NCBI GenBank assembly: GCA_964270895.1
Contig: OZ185448.1
Source of the DNA: Podarcis filfolensis
Lineage: Eukaryota
Strand: one strand, 5' to 3'
DNA: 64,000 nucleotides
The notes beneath the pieces were generated by a model that saw only the letters and a program-made list of their open reading frames with translations, had not been told where the DNA came from and made no database searches. Below are positions 23,076-35,830 of the stretch, one piece after another; the first letter of the stretch is position 1; every line of letters starts with the position of its first letter. A program made the position numbers and the translations under genes.

Positions 23076-23995
23076 TAACCAACTGACCGGGCACCAGACC
23101 GGGGAGAGACTATAGCTCTTCTTTTCTTATTAAATACATGCCTTGTTATTTAGGCAAACACTCTCTCTCTCTTTTTCCGTCGTCTGCCTACATCCAGTCT
23201 CTCTTGTCTACACTCCGTAGCCCAAACGTCTCCCTCGCTCTTCAGTCACCAGATGAAGCAAACGCGCTCCCTCCCGCATTTCGCTACCCCCCCCCGTTTT
23301 TCATTCACGTTTCTAGGTCAGGAGACCCTGTTGGCTCGCCTGCCTGTCTTAATGTAGATTTGAGAGGGACGCATTAGCAGCGATTCCTCGAGATCTGTGG
23401 TCCATCGAACCTAATTTCTAGATCTATCTATCCATCTCTGGGGCGGCGGCGGGGGGAGCCCGTTCATAATGCGCATTGACAGCCTCGCTATGGGTTTCTG
23501 CTGTGATATGGAAAGGGTCTTTTGTCAGTATCCAAGCAGGAGAGTGAGATGGGTGGTTCCTCACCGGGTCAGGGCGCACCAGAGAGAATATCTGGAAGGA
23601 GGATCCTTACCTCCCCAGCCCAGATTTGTAGCTTGGGTTCAAGGAAGCCCGCTGACCTAGGAATCAAGGGGCTTAGTTCCGAGTAAACAGGCGTTGGATT
23701 GCGCTAGTAGAGACGATGCATTGGTGTATTTGTTTTGATTTTATTTTCTTTTAAAATAGCAACAACCCGAAATTAATAGAATAGCTTTTTGACGAATTTA
23801 AATGCCCTAGCTGTCAATCTCCCCCCCCCTTTTCTCTCTCTAATAAAATCTCTTATATTAGGGTTGGGCTAGATGACCCTTGAGGTTCCTTCCAGCTCTG
23901 TAATTATATGATTCCCCATGGGGAAATGAGAGGATTGGGGTCCACTTATCCCCGACTCTCCCTCTGGGCTCAACCCAATATTCTTTTCTTCACAG

Positions 23996-24070
23996 ATGAG
24001 TTGCAAAAACTCCTCATGGAGCAAATGGAGCTGAGGAAAAAACTGGAACGGGAATTCCAAAGTCTGAAAG
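23996..24070 (+). CDS. SKOR1: SKOR1 coding exon 5, coiled coil (DELQKLLMEQMELRKKLEREFQSLK)
   Basis: ttcttcacag|AT acceptor, G|gtatat donor, 75 nt, phase 1-1. Confidence 0.96.
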
Positions 24071-26203
24071 GTATATTCACCGCCCTCCTTAAGTCTCTGT
24101 AAAGGGCCGCTGTTTCTACAACGATTGCAAATAAAACATTTTATAAGGGCGACATTGCTTGAAGCGGATTGCAATTAATGGATTTTTGGCCATCCGATTA
24201 AAATGTACACAAAAGGCCAAGGGAGACACGTTGGTTCGTAAGGGAAAGCAAAGAAACCTCTAAAATCCACAGTAGGGCGATACCTTTATTAGGAACAACG
24301 AACATTTTAGGAAAGAGTGCGGAAGCTTTGGAGCTCTCCAGAATTCTTCATCAGGCAATCTTGCATTGTACCTGATGAAGAGTTCTGGGGAACACTGAAG
24401 CTTGCCACTGTTTTGTAACCTTTCGGTCGGTCCTAATAAAATTTAGTTGTGGGTTTTGAAGACTAAATGCGGGGTTCACTTGCGAAGTTTGCATTGGCTT
24501 ACTTGCCCAAACGGGTCTTTGCCTGCCCTTTGCAGCTGAGCGCAACCCTTTCCAAGTCCGGTCCAAATAACACCGAGCTGACCGGCAAGCTCTCAGCATC
24601 TTTAGGGGAAATCGGAGTTTAGTTGGAAAGCAGAAATTAAAACCCTTCAGCCAATTGAAGGCGCCAGGAATTGATATCGGATATTCCGCGCTCTTGCCGT
24701 GGCTGAAGCAGCCGATCGATTATTAATTTGCTAATTTATAGGTTAACTCTTTCGCGCCTTTGCAGAGTTTCTGCTTGGCTTGAATGGTTTGGAGCCGAAC
24801 TGCTGTATCTGCAAGGCGGATTCTTTGGAGGTACCTGAACTTCCCACTCCGAAAGGCAGGGGGAATTGGAGGAGAGAGAGAGAGAAAGGAATCTCCTCTT
24901 CCATTCATTCCCAGCACACAAACCTCTTTACCTGGGAGTAATTCCCATGAAACGCCCTCAGTGCTAGGAAGTGGCTTCCATGGAAATGAATTTGACTCAC
25001 TCCCGAGTAACCGAGATATCGATGTTATTGAAGGGTGTGGAGAGCGTCATCCTCGTCGGGTGTTTAATCTGCGGTTGAACTGGAATTAAATCTTGTCCTG
25101 CCCTCTAAAATAGCAGGACCGCTCCTATCCTCATAAATTACGAGCGTAAAGAATTTCAATTATAATTATGAGGTTTAAAATTATTGTAAACCGCTACGAT
25201 GAAGGGAGGGTAATAATAACAACAAAACAACAACAAAACAACAACAACAACAAAAGGACTTACAATCGCTTTTCATGCAGGTGAAGCGCGCATTCCTCCA
25301 TTCATACATCGCCCCTCAATTATTCTGTTTGAGAGATCTTAAAGATGGAGGAAGTGTCACTCAGTCCATGCATTTCTCAGGGTGTTTGATTCGGGTTGCG
25401 GACTCCTATAGCGAGGTCGCTGCAAGGCGGGTGCAACTATTAGATACGCCACCCAGACTTTTCTCCAACTTTTCAAGCCTAGCTGGGCGGGGACGGAGAA
25501 GGGTCTCGGGCGGAGGAGGCGAGAGGGCCTGGATTTGGGGCCGGTCTTCAAGGTCGCCCAGACCTCCTTAGCTTTTGTCTTCCCAACCGCTTTCAAAACT
25601 GTTCGCTTGTTTACAAGAACGGCTGCTCCTCCGCCCCGCTTCCCACATTCTCCTTTAAGGGAGGTCAGACGCCAAGATTCCTTTAAAGGACAGCGGGGGA
25701 GCGCAGAGCGAGAAAGAACCCGGGATTAGAAGAAAAAGCGCCTCTGAAATGCTTTCTCTGTATTCTTGATTGATTGTGCGAGTAAACCCCATGAGTTAAT
25801 CCGGATTAACACGGGAGTGCTTGTCCCTGAAAAATAAACGTTGAAATGGAGAGTGGGGATTAAAGGAAAATACACCTTTGAAATTGTTTTTCTGGGAGAA
25901 GCGGGGCGGGACGGGGAAAGGAAACTACCAATTAATCCAGATTAATACAAACCGGAGGTACCATTGTATATGGAAGGGAGGTGCCTTTGCACTTTTAAAA
26001 GAAAAAAAATAAACCAGTTTAAATGAAAACCTATAAACGAAAAAGCATGTCTGAAATTGTTTCTGTGTCTTTTGGATTGTGGCGGGGGTCTGCAGTTAAT
26101 CCGGACTGATACATTCAGAAGCGCGGGAACAACGTTTGTATATATTCGCTTCGCCGGATTTCCTTTTTCCCGGGAGTAACAGATCCCTCTTTAAACCCCA
26201 CAG

Positions 26204-26278
26204 ATAACTTTCAAGACCAGATGAAGAGGGAACTGGCCTACCGCGAAGAAATGGTGCAGCAGTTGCAAATTGTGCGGG
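26204..26278 (+). CDS. SKOR1: SKOR1 coding exon 6, coiled coil (DNFQDQMKRELAYREEMVQQLQIVR)
   Basis: ccacag|AT acceptor, G|gtacgg donor, 75 nt, phase 1-1. Confidence 0.96.
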
Positions 26279-26466
26279 GTACGGGGATGATTTTCCCTCC
26301 TCCTCCTCCCTCTCGTACCCCAAAATTACCCAAGCCAGAGCTCGCCAGTAAAGCCAAACTAGGAGAAGCCACCCTTCCCTTTCTGTTTGCTAAAGGATGA
26401 CGACGACTATAAATAATAGTGGAATTTTGGCTCAGTGGCAGAGCCTTCCTGCCTGGGACCCTGGAG

Positions 26467-26719
26467 AGCCAATGTGGTGTAGTGGTTAAGAGCGGTGGAC
26501 TCCTAATCTGATGCGAACCGGGTTCGCTTCCCCGCTCCTCCACGTGCAGCTGCTGGGTGACCTTGGGCTAGTCACACTTCTCTGAAGTCTCTCAGCCTCA
26601 CACACCTCACAAGAGTGTTTGTTGTGGGGGAGGAAGGGAAAGGAGAATGTTAGCCGCTTTGAGACTCCTTAGGGCAGTGATAAAGCGGGATATCAAATCC
26701 AAACTACTCTTCTTCTTCT
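26467..26719 (+). mobile_element. Squam3-like (MIR/Ther1-derived) SINE nested in an older tRNA-derived SINE
   Basis: gtggtgtagtggttaagagc head, CORE-like gctgggtgaccttgggctagtcac, (CTT)n tail. Host SINE halves at 26429-26466 and 26720-26790. Confidence 0.85.
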
Positions 26720-27276
26720 GCCAGCTCGTGTAGACAATACTGAGCTAGAGGGACCAATGGGTCTAAGACAGTAAGATGCTCCTAATAATATGTGGCCACC
26801 TAAGTGTTTCTGCTTGTTTCCAAGACATGCTTCAGATCGCACCCCCTCCACAGGATTGCTGTGGGTCAGAGTGGGCATTCCAACCTTTTCTTTAAGCTCC
26901 TAAAACTCATAGGGAGCAGCCTTATGCAGAGTCAGCCCATGGGTCCATCATGATGTAGCTCAGGGATGTTTTTTAATATAAATATAGGTTTGTTGATTTC
27001 CAATGTATAGCAACAATGACACAAAAATGGCGGGGAGGGAATACAACTAGTTCAGTTTTGCTGACACTGCTTGGTAATGGCTCTCTAGGTTTATTAGACA
27101 GAGGACTTCCCGGTCCTACCTGGAGATGCCATGGGGATTGAATCTGGGACCTTTTGCATGCAAGGAGGATGCTCGGCTGCTGAGCTAGACCCTTTCCTAG
27201 AGCAAAATGGCATTGCTTTTGCTGCAAGAAGTTAGCAGGCCCAGCCCCCCTTGCAAACTGTTTGCTGCTACAATAA

Positions 27277-27637
27277 AGGTAAAGGTAAAGGGACCCCTGA
27301 CCATTAGGTCCAGTCTTGGCTGACTCTGGGGTTGCGGTGCTCATCTCGCTTTACTGGCCGAGGGAGCCGGCGTACAGCTTCTGGGTCATGTGGCCAGCAT
27401 GACTAAGCCGCTTCTGGCAAACCAGAACAGCGCATGGAAATGCTGTTTACCTTCCCGCCAGAGTGGTACCTATTTATCTACTTGCACTTTGATGTGCTTT
27501 CAAACTGCTAGGTTGGCAGGAGCAGGGACCGAGCAACGGGAGCTCACCCCGTCGCGGGGATTCAAACCGCCAACCTTCTGATCGGCAAGTCCTAGACTCT
27601 GTGGTTTAACCCACAGCGCCACCTGCGTCCTGTAGAA
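27277..27637 (-). mobile_element. Sauria SINE, near full length, in a SKOR1 intron
   Basis: Reverse complement of gtggcgctgtgggttaaaccacag...ggtcaggggtccctttaccttta; 12-bp TSD CTGCTACAATAA (27265-27276, 27638-27649). Confidence 0.9.
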
Positions 27638-28044
27638 CTGCTACAATAAGCCTTAGCAAAGCCTCTCTCCAGCCACCTTAAAAACTTCAACAGTTGTTGC
27701 TTTTCATTTTCTTTGGGGTCACGAGTGAAAGGCAGGATTCTTGTCCCCTTTCCGCTGAGCTGTCAAAGCATATTGTAAGGCAGTGTTTTCCAAATTTGGG
27801 TATGTTTTTGGACTACAGTTCCCATCATCCCTAACCATTGGTCCTGCTAGCTAGGGTTGATGGGAGTCATAGTCCAAAAGCAGCTGGAGACCCAGGTTTG
27901 GGAAACACCAGCGTAAGGGAAGGCAGATTATTGGGGCCTTGAGAGATGAAAGGCAGTGTGGCCAGACAGGCTGTGTGTAGATCAAATACCCTTTCATTCC
28001 CTCTCCCAAATCTCCACCCACCCACTCTCCTCTTTTCTTTCCAG

Positions 28045-28110
28045 ATACCCTGTGCAATGAGCTGGACCAGGAAAGGAAAGCTCGCTACGCCATTCAGCAG
28101 AAGCTAAAAG
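28045..28110 (+). CDS. SKOR1: SKOR1 coding exon 7 (DTLCNELDQERKARYAIQQKLK)
   Basis: tttccag|AT acceptor, G|gttggt donor, 66 nt, phase 1-1. Confidence 0.96.
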
Positions 28111-28744
28111 GTTGGTTGGAAATGCGGGGAAACTTCCCCCTCAAACTGCTGGTTTGGTGGGGCAGTATCGTCTGTATTTATACATCGTCAGAGTTTCGTC
28201 TCTCTGCAAATACGTCTCACCGGAGGGACTCCCCTCATCAGTATCAATGTAGTTATTCAATAGCAACAGCAATATCTTGAGTATACTGATATGTATATTA
28301 TCAGATTGTCAGCATCATCAGATTTATTTAAATTATCTCCCACCTTTGCTCCAAGAAGCTGGACAAACTAAAACAACAACAGCAGCAGCAACAACAATAT
28401 TATTTGTACCCCATCCATCTGACTGGGTTCCCCCAGCCACCCCAGCATAAGCAGAATATAGTTCTCCTCCCCATTTTATCCTCACAACAAGCTTGTAAGG
28501 TAAGGTAGGCTGAGAGATGGTGACTGGCCCAAGGTTACTCAGAGACCTACATGGCTGTGTGTGAGGATCTGAACCCGGGTCTCCTAGTCCAGGACTCTAA
28601 CCACTGCACTACACTGGCACAGATTATGCTCAGGGGCTTGTTTGGAGCAGAATAGGCACAATAGGCATCCATCTTGTGTATGGGACCTTTTCATTAGTCA
28701 AAGTGCCTCACAGATTGATGGTCTCTGTCTCCCTTTGAACAGCC

Positions 28745-28925
28745 CACAAAGGAACTAATGCTGGATTAGGACCTGGAAGACAGGGGTTCAGATCCCCACT
28801 TGGACATGAAGCTCACTGTGTGACCTTGGGCCAGACACTGCCTAACCGACCTCACAGGGTGGTTGTGAGGTTTAAATTGCGGGGGGGGGGGGGGGAGGAA
28901 ACCGTGTACACCACCTTGAGTTCAT
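28745..28925 (+). mobile_element. Old MIR-like SINE (other decayed copies at 17270-17400, 28455-28620, 37955-38165)
   Basis: tgtgaccttgggccag...acctcacagggtggttgtgagg CORE-like segment. Confidence 0.65.
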
Positions 28926-29504
28926 TGGAGGAAAGGTGGGATATAAATGCAGCCAATCAATCAATCAATCAATCAGGCAGGTCAGCTTGTTTCTAAGGCT
29001 CATTTCATTTGGGCAATAAGCAGCTCCATTCTATGCACATTTACTCGCAAGCAAGTGCCACAGATTTCAGTGACATGTGAAGGCCACCATCTCTTAACCA
29101 CTTACCTGGAAGTAAAGCCCCACTGAACTCACCAGGATGTGCTTTTGTCTAGGGAAGCAGTCTTTGCCAACCTGGTGCCCTTCAGGTGTTTTGAGCAACA
29201 ACTCTCATCAGCTGAGTTGCAGTCAAAAACTCCTGGAGGGCACCAAGCTGGCCCTATAGCAACGTATAGGATTATGCCTTTTAAGAAAGTATAAGGCATT
29301 TATGCCTCTTTTTTCCTCCTTCGAAGTTTCTGTGGTTTCTTGTCCTTCAGTCATGGAGGTGAAGATACAGAGAGGGAGGGTGGTTTGATACATTTTCAAG
29401 CCAGGTTATTAATAATAACAACAATATAAATATAAATACTATTTTAATAAAACCAAGAGGTAAGATTTAAAAGGGATGTATGGTTGTTGACAATGATGAA
29501 GATG

Positions 29505-29915
29505 AAGATAATAATAAAAACTTATTTATATGCTGCCCATCTGACTGGGTTCCCCCAGTCACTCTGGGCGACTTTCAACAAATTAAAACACAATGCAACA
29601 TCAAACATAAAAAACTTCCCTGAACAGGGCTGCCTTCAGATGTCTTCTAAAAGTCAAAGGATTGTTTATCTGTTTGACATCTGGTGGGAGGGCATTCCAC
29701 AGGGCAGGAGCCACTACCAAGGAGGCCCTCTGCCTGGTTCTCTGTAGCCTCACTTCTCTCAGTGACGGAACTGCCAAAACAGAACCTCAGAGCTAGATCT
29801 TAGTGTCTGGCCTGAATGACAAGGGTGGAGCCGCTCCACCCCCAGATTGCAGGGACCTCAAGAAGATTAAGCCTCCCTGGCTGTGATCTTGAAGGGTTTG
29901 GGGCCCTAAGGGTGT
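29505..29915 (-). mobile_element. L2 LINE 3' fragment (smaller related pieces at 28390-28450, 33470-33695, 43245-43385, 51290-51600)
   Basis: Reverse complement of the 3' end seen at 58340-58590. Confidence 0.8.
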
Positions 29916-30362
29916 GTGCAATGGGGTACCTGGATGCTCAATTGCTTAGGAAGAGCTGGGAAGATAGAGGGTCCCCCTCCCCATATTGCATTACCCCTGG
30001 CTCTGAGGATGCCTAGTCAGTGTGTCAAGATTCCCCCCCAACAACACCACTCAGCTGTCAAGGAGTTTTAATCTGTGCTTGGCCACATAATCATAGAGTC
30101 AAACCCACTGAAATGCAGTCTATTGTTGTTTTAACTTCGTGAAACTTTTAAACTGTTAGTTTTTCTTATTGATAATGACATTGTTTTATCTTTTTTGTAA
30201 ACCGCTTTTAGGTTTGCTTTTTGCTTTTACAATCAAGCGGCCTATAAATTTTATGAAATAAAGCAAAAAAACAAAACACGGATTTTAACACCCCGTTTCC
30301 ACCCATGAGAAATTAGTGTTGGGGCGCGGGGGATTGGCATGTGGGACGACTTACACTGCGTT

Positions 30363-30412
<50 letters not shown>

Positions 30413-30453
30413 CCTCTCTCCCTCTCTCCCTCTCTCCTGCATCCGCTCCACAG

Positions 30454-30551
30454 AGGCTCACGACGCGCTGCACCACTTCTCCTGCAAAATGCTGACTCCC
30501 CGCCACTGCACCGGGAACTGTTCCTTCAAGCCTCCTTTGCTGCCCCAGTGA
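30454..30551 (+). CDS. SKOR1: SKOR1 last coding exon (EAHDALHHFSCKMLTPRHCTGNCSFKPPLLPQ*)
   Basis: Acceptor ccacag|AG after a long (CT)n tract; stop TGA 30549-30551. Matches the SKOR1 C-terminus. Confidence 0.96.
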
Positions 30552-31480
30552 GCGACCCTCCCCACATCCAGCGCCCTCCCTCCCCGCAAAAGTCTGGGGC
30601 CGAAGTCGTCGCTGCTAGAGAAGCGTGGAAGCGGGATGGGGGGGGAGGGGCGTGCGTGCCACACAAACTCAGACTCACGAAATCCTGGACGGGGAGGACG
30701 CCCGCGAGACACTAAGCCATGCCTGAATCGAAAGAAGCAGAGCTGTGTAAATAAGACAGGCGAGGGAATCCGGAGTGACCTGCGCTCCATTCCCCGCCCC
30801 CGTCGTGTAAATAGAGGCTGCGTCGGATTGTTCCGCCGATGGCATCGGGACCACAGGCAGACTGAAAAGACCTCGGAGAGGGTGGAGGGTAAGGAAGGCG
30901 GGAGAGGGGGCGGAGGAGAGCTCCTTTGACTTGTGGGGGGGAGTGTGAGACGGGGAGTCACACCAGCGCCCCGCTCCGCCCAGCCCAGTTCCTTGGCCGG
31001 CCTCCTCCTCCCCCCCCTCTCCATCCTCTTCCACTTTTTGGGTCCACGCCTCTCCACCCTGGCACAGACTTGGTCTGGGGAGGGGGGCTTCCAAGTGGCG
31101 ATGTGCAATGGATAGAAGAAGCGTACTGTGATTTCCCCGAATCCCCCCGTCCAGTATTCGTTACGATTCTTTCTTTATTTATTTGCTGGTTTATTTATTC
31201 TGTATATTTATTTATGTTCCCAGCCCCCTCGATCATCATCTCTTGTAAACTGTTGATGTATAACAGCACTTTAAAGACAGAGGCCGGCGATCGGGACATA
31301 CGCCTGGCGCCCCGCCCCCCCCCCAAAATAATCGCCAGCGTCGGCCGCTCCCAGAACAGACTCTTTCCCCCCCCACCCCCCCTAGTTGTTCCCGGAGAAA
31401 AATTTGTCAGGTGTTTTTGGGTTTTGTTTCCCCCCGTTTTTGTTTGGTTCTTGTTTAATAAAATTCGACTTTTGAACAAA
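30552..31480 (+). other. SKOR1: SKOR1 3' UTR
   Basis: Follows the stop codon; AATAAA at 31457-31462 with U-rich flanks. End position approximate. Confidence 0.6.
31457..31462 (+). terminator. Putative polyadenylation signal AATAAA
   Basis: Canonical hexamer about 0.9 kb after the stop, preceded by a U/GU-rich tract. Confidence 0.55.
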
Positions 31481-31689
31481 GCAGCGAACTTCGAAAAGCC
31501 ACACGTGATCGGTGATGGATTTATTATTGGGGGCGGGAGGAGAGACCTGATCGAAGTTCTGAGCGTCTGAAATGGTCTCTCTCTCTCTCTTTGCAAAATA
31601 TGGGCAACAGTTTTTCATCATCAATTAAGGCTTCCTTGCAGCGGTGGAGCTGTGAGGTCATTTTAGATGCTGGACTCATAGGAGTCAGT

Positions 31690-31872
31690 TCCTAGGGACC
31701 TAGGGGTTTTCGGGCCCCCGTTGAAATATTTGAGAGGGCCAGGTTCCTCCCCCCCCCCAAGTTGATGGGCCTTGCCATTCAAATACTGTGTGTGCACTGC
31801 GTCATGTGATCGATTATGTGGGGTGGGGCTTACCTGCCCTCCCCCAATATTTATTCAAGTTGGCGCCCCTAG
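31690..31872. mobile_element. Non-autonomous DNA transposon-like repeat (second copy about 42600-42770)
   Basis: Shared ttgccattcaaat...tcatgtgat..ttatgtgggg..gggcttacct..ccc.ccaatattt.attca.gtt.ggc.cccct. Confidence 0.55.
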
Positions 31873-32374
31873 CTGGACTTGGTGAATTTACGCGGGACCC
31901 CTCTTTTGAGGAGTGAGGGTTCCCCATCACTTCCTTGTGGCATTTCGGGGCCTCCAGCTCATGTAGCCGGGAGACTCCTCCAAAGTCTTGCCTTGACAGC
32001 ACCCCTGCTTGAATCCTGACGTTTCAAGCTGAATACTGAGCCAGACCAATGGTCCATTAAGCTCAGTACAGTCCACACTGACAGGCAGTAGCTCTCTCTA
32101 GAGTTTCAGACAGGAGTCTCTCCCAGTCCTCCCTGGAAATCTTGCCACGGATTGAATGGGGGACCTAATCCTGCCCTGAGCTGAGCTCCTTCCTTAAACT
32201 GTGATCCCTGCATTGCAGGAGGTTGGACTTGAGGATGAGTCTTTTCCAAGTCTATCTACAATTCTATGATTCCTGTAAAGATCAAATAGGATTTCAGCCC
32301 TCCTATCAAGGGCAAGTTTAAACAGGAATAGAAGAGTCTTCTTTAGACTGAGTTAGCACACATCTAGCTCAATA

Positions 32375-32713
32375 GATGTGGGTTAAACCACAGAGCCTAG
32401 GGCTTGCTGATCAGAAGGTCGGCGGTTCGAATCCCTGCGTCGGGTTCAGCTCCTGTTGCTCGGTCCCTGCTCCTGCCAACCTAGCAGTTCGAAAGCACGT
32501 CAAAGTGCAAGTAGATAAATAGGTACCTCTCCGGCGGGAAGGTAAACGGTGTTTCCGTGTGCTGCTCTGGTTTCACCAGAAGCAACTTAGTCATGCTGGC
32601 CACATGACCTGGAAGCTGTACACTGGCTCCCTCGGCCAATAAAGCGAGATGAGCGCTGCAACCCCAGAGTCGGTCACGACTGGACCTAATGGTCAGGGAT
32701 CCCTTTACCTTTA
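32375..32713 (+). mobile_element. Sauria SINE (slightly 5'-truncated)
   Basis: Same body; 10-bp TSD TAGCTCAATA (32365-32374, 32714-32723). Confidence 0.9.
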
Positions 32714-33401
32714 TAGCTCAATATTGCCCACATTGGCTGACAAAGGCTTTCCAGGTTTTCAGGCCGCAGACTTTTGCAGCTTTACCTGGAGATACAGAAG
32801 ACTGGGCCTGCGACGTTCTGCATGCAGGCCAGATGCTCTACCACTGAGGTGCTGGCTGGTTTGCAGGAATCTCCAGTTTGACCAGCTAGTAAGCCAAGTC
32901 CGCAGCTCTGCCTGAGCTGCGTCTGGGGGAGCAGCTGCGGGGGGGGGGAGGCCAAGAGTGATTCATGGGAAACGCCTGCAGCTCAGTGGTGGGCGTCTGC
33001 TTTGCCCCAGGTTCAATCGGCCTCATCTCCTGGTAAGGCTTGGAGTGTTACTTGTCTGAAAATCCTTGACAGCAGCTGCCAGTCCGTGTAGACAATGCAG
33101 AGCTAGATGGACCAGTGATCTGTGTTGCATTCTCCTGGGCCAAACCGGAGAAGCAGCCTCGGACGATCCTAAACCACTTTATTTCTTTCCTTCCACCTTT
33201 GCTTGGGCGCAGCTCCTGGGGAACAAATATAAGAGATCTCCTGCCTGGAGCCCTGTGCTCCTATCTGCCTCCTTGCAATCTTCTGCTGCATCGGATTGCT
33301 GCCCCTCCCCAAACCTCCCTGTTAGACACGAATTAAAAGAAACTGAGAACAGCCGCCTTTCCTGCTTAGCGCAATTCCTCAAGCGCTCGCGATACTTTCT
33401 T

Positions 33402-33420
33402 TGGCCAGTAGAGGGCGCCA
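33402..33420 (+). promoter_or_regulatory. CTCF motif (forward)
   Basis: TGGCCAGTAGAGGGCGCCA, with an upstream-module-like CGCGATACT starting 17 bp before the core CC. Confidence 0.65.
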
Positions 33421-33465
33421 GAATCGGATCTCCTGGGCAGGATAATAGTAGTAGTAGTTGTAGCA

Positions 33466-33467
<2 letters not shown>

Positions 33468-33533
<66 letters not shown>
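33468..33533. repeat. (AAT)n microsatellite (L2 tail-derived); other simple repeats: (GT)n 1114-1149, (AAT)n 3972-4017, (CT)n 30368-30410, (GT)n(TA)n 55133-55198, (ATT)n 58571-58614
   Basis: Direct observation. Confidence 0.95.
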
Positions 33534-33535
<2 letters not shown>

Positions 33536-34778
33536 CACCTTGTGTGTTTCCCCAGCCACTCTGGCCAACTTCCAGCAAAATATAAGAAATATTAAACTAT
33601 CAAACATTTAAAAACTTCCCTATTCAGGCCTGCCTTCAGGTGTCTTCTAAAAGTTGCGTAGTTCTTTATCTCCTTGACATCTGATGGGAGGGCAAAAGTG
33701 AAAAGACTCCATTGCGGATTGAACCAGGGATGTTCAGATAGAAGGCAGTTGCTCCCCCACTGAGCCACAGCTTCTCTTTTGCTCCCGCTACTCACTTCCT
33801 AGTCTTCCTCTCACAGCTTAATTTGAACCAAGTCACAGCATATTTTAAGCCCTGGGCCCCTTGGCGAAAGCTGGGCTTGCTGCAGGGATGTGTGATGGAA
33901 AGAGCCTTTGAGCATGTGCAGAGTTCATTTTTCTAATTTCTGAACAGACATGGCCTGACACACACTCTCTTCATTGTAAAACCTCTAAAATCAGAAAGAA
34001 GGCAGAATATTGAAGCGGGGAGAAAACCCCCAGAAGTTGTCCTTAGAGGGATCAAACATAAGAAGAGATGGGTGGGTGATGGCCATCTAGGGACCACCCA
34101 TAATTCTAGCCCTGGAAATAAATCTGTGCTGGAAATAAATCTGTCCAATAAGTTAGACAGAGGCTTCTGTGGTGGTTCAGCAGTTGCTTAATAACATCAT
34201 TAGTTTTGATACTGTCCCCAGAAAACAGGGGTGTGTGTGTGCCTTTTAATGGCCTAACTCCCTGTCTTAAGGACTCAGCATCCCCCAAGTTCGTTATCGG
34301 TCAGAGATGAATGAGCTGAGGCAGGGTCCAGAGAAAGGAAGGCTGATCTTTATTTTTGTGGCAACAGAGTCTCCCCCACCCCTTGCAAGGAGGTGAGGGA
34401 CCAAGAACAAAGTGTGACATCTCATTTTAAAGGTTAGAAATTTTGGTGTGGAGAAGAAGGACATTCTCTTTAAAACTCAGTGTCACAAGGGCAAAATGTC
34501 AGAAATACATGTAAGGTGGGGTTCCAGTGGCTCAGGCAGGTCAAGGTGAGACATTCCTGAGGGGTAGCAAGTTTTACATAGTTCCAGACAGAGTTTACAC
34601 AAAACATTAATATTGGAAATAGGATTTCCTGAGGTTCCTTTGATATGACAACCAGGATGCCCAGCAGGACCTGGAGATCCTTTTGGGCGACACAGCTGGG
34701 CAAACAGTAAAATATTTCAAGACAATTGACACATATCAACTAAAAGGTTGGGAGGAAAACCCCTCAGGTACTTCCTGC

Positions 34779-35045
34779 GTGGTGTAGTGGTTAAGAGCAG
34801 TGGACTTGTAATCTGGTGAACCGGGTTCAATTCCCCGCTCCTCCACATGCAGCTGCTGGGTGACATTGGGCTAGTCACACTTCTCTGAAGTCTCTCAGCC
34901 CCACTCACCTCACAGAGTGTTTGTTGTGGAAGAGGAAGGGAAAAGGAGATTGTTAACCGCTTTGAGACTCCTTAAGGGGAGTGAAAGGCAGGATATCAAG
35001 TCCAAACTCCTCCTCCTCCTCCTCCTCCTCCTCCTCCTCTTCTTC
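34779..35045 (+). mobile_element. Squam3-like SINE
   Basis: Highly similar to the 26467 copy; (CTC)n/(CTT)n tail. Confidence 0.85.
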
Positions 35046-35613
35046 CTCTGGCAGGCAGCAGCCTTACAAGATCTCAGGCAAGGGGAATTATGGAGGGTGT
35101 AGGGTCTCCGACAATGCAAAGAGGCATACATGACCAACAAGATCCAAAAGCAAGAATTACACATTTATAAATAATTTTACACATTGTTCCATAGAGAAAT
35201 TCAAGTTACCTTTGTTTTAACAAGCTAGATGTATCTGACTTAAACGGTGAAGAAAGGTGAGACCACGTGTCTTGTGGTGCTTTGGGGTGACATAAGGGTG
35301 CACTTATTTTATGTGTATCCTGGGGACATGTGGTGAGGCACATGGAGGAACACAACAGAGGTATAGAGAAAAGAATAGCGGGGTATGTGATGGGCATTTT
35401 TCTGGTAACACATGCAGCAGGCAGGCTGCAAGAATGGCAGACAGGCTGCAACTGGTTTGGTGGGTCACAAGGGGTTAATCACCTCTGGCTTCTATCGTTG
35501 TGCTACAGGCCATTGCACAACCAATCCTTGATAGGTGCTGGTCCAGCCTTGTTTGGACACCTTCAAGGCAGGAAAGAGATTTCACAGGTTCTATAGTTGG
35601 CTTTTTTAATATA

Positions 35614-35830
35614 CAGTGGTACCTCGGGTTACATACGCTTCAGGTTGCATAGGCTCCGCTAACCCAGAAATAGTACCTCGGGTTAAGAACTTTGCTTCAG
35701 GATGAGAACAGAAATTGTGCGGCGGCAGCAGGAGGCCCCATTAGCTAAAATGGTGCTTCAGGTTAAGAACAGTTTCAGGTTAAGAACGGACCTCCAGAAC
35801 GAATTAAGTACCTAACCCGAGGTACCACTG
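35614..35830 (+). mobile_element. Tc1/mariner (Tigger/pogo-like) MITE
   Basis: TIR CAGTGGTACCTCGGGTTA at both ends, TA TSD. Confidence 0.9.

Noticed and set aside
30341-31596. ORFs of 124-216 aa over the last exon and 3' UTR
   Set aside because: Driven by (CT)n repeats and GC-rich UTR; no homology and they conflict with the SKOR1 frame.
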